Positions 63,939 through 64,000 of a stretch of DNA of 64,000 bases are shown here, in pieces (the stretch's first letter is position 1; the number at the start of each line of letters is the position of its first letter). The stretch covers positions 30,076,401-30,140,400 of the forward strand of contig CM120641.1 of NCBI GenBank assembly GCA_051362555.1, given 5' to 3'. The notes below the pieces were generated by a model. That model made no database searches and was not told the origin of the DNA. It was given only the letters and a program-made list of their open reading frames with translations. The stretch comes from Lingula anatina (lineage: Eukaryota > Animalia > Brachiopoda). The position numbers and the translations under genes were made by a program.

Positions 63939-64000
63939 GTACTGTACACGTGAACTACGTAAGATAATGATAATCTTTGTTGCAAAAACAAAATTAAATT

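Overview
AT-rich, intron-containing animal genomic DNA; the repeat families suggest a marine invertebrate, possibly a mollusc (inference). Bases 271-22988 (+) hold the last ~9 coding exons of a THADA/Trm732-like gene, which I assembled by hand with consistent splice phases. Its introns contain Helentron/HINE-type non-autonomous elements carrying a 146-bp satellite, several MITEs and an internally deleted DIRS/Ngaro-type retroelement. Downstream is a dense cluster of nested transposons: a decayed THAP/Kolobok-like transposase, a Tc1 element, and a 5'-truncated CR1/L2-like LINE whose ORF2 starts with two 2A-like motifs and is broken by three DNA-transposon insertions. A full-length Ty3/Gypsy with a chromodomain integrase sits inside a TA-flanked DNA element. 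The window ends with an orphan HEATR3-like exon and the start of a SAP-domain ORF. I found no rRNA, tRNA or CRISPR array and no clearly new biological system. The best leads are the tandem 2A-like leader, the higher-order satellite inside a mobile carrier, and the repeated 5' heads of the HINE-like elements. All family names come from motif recognition by eye, not database searches.
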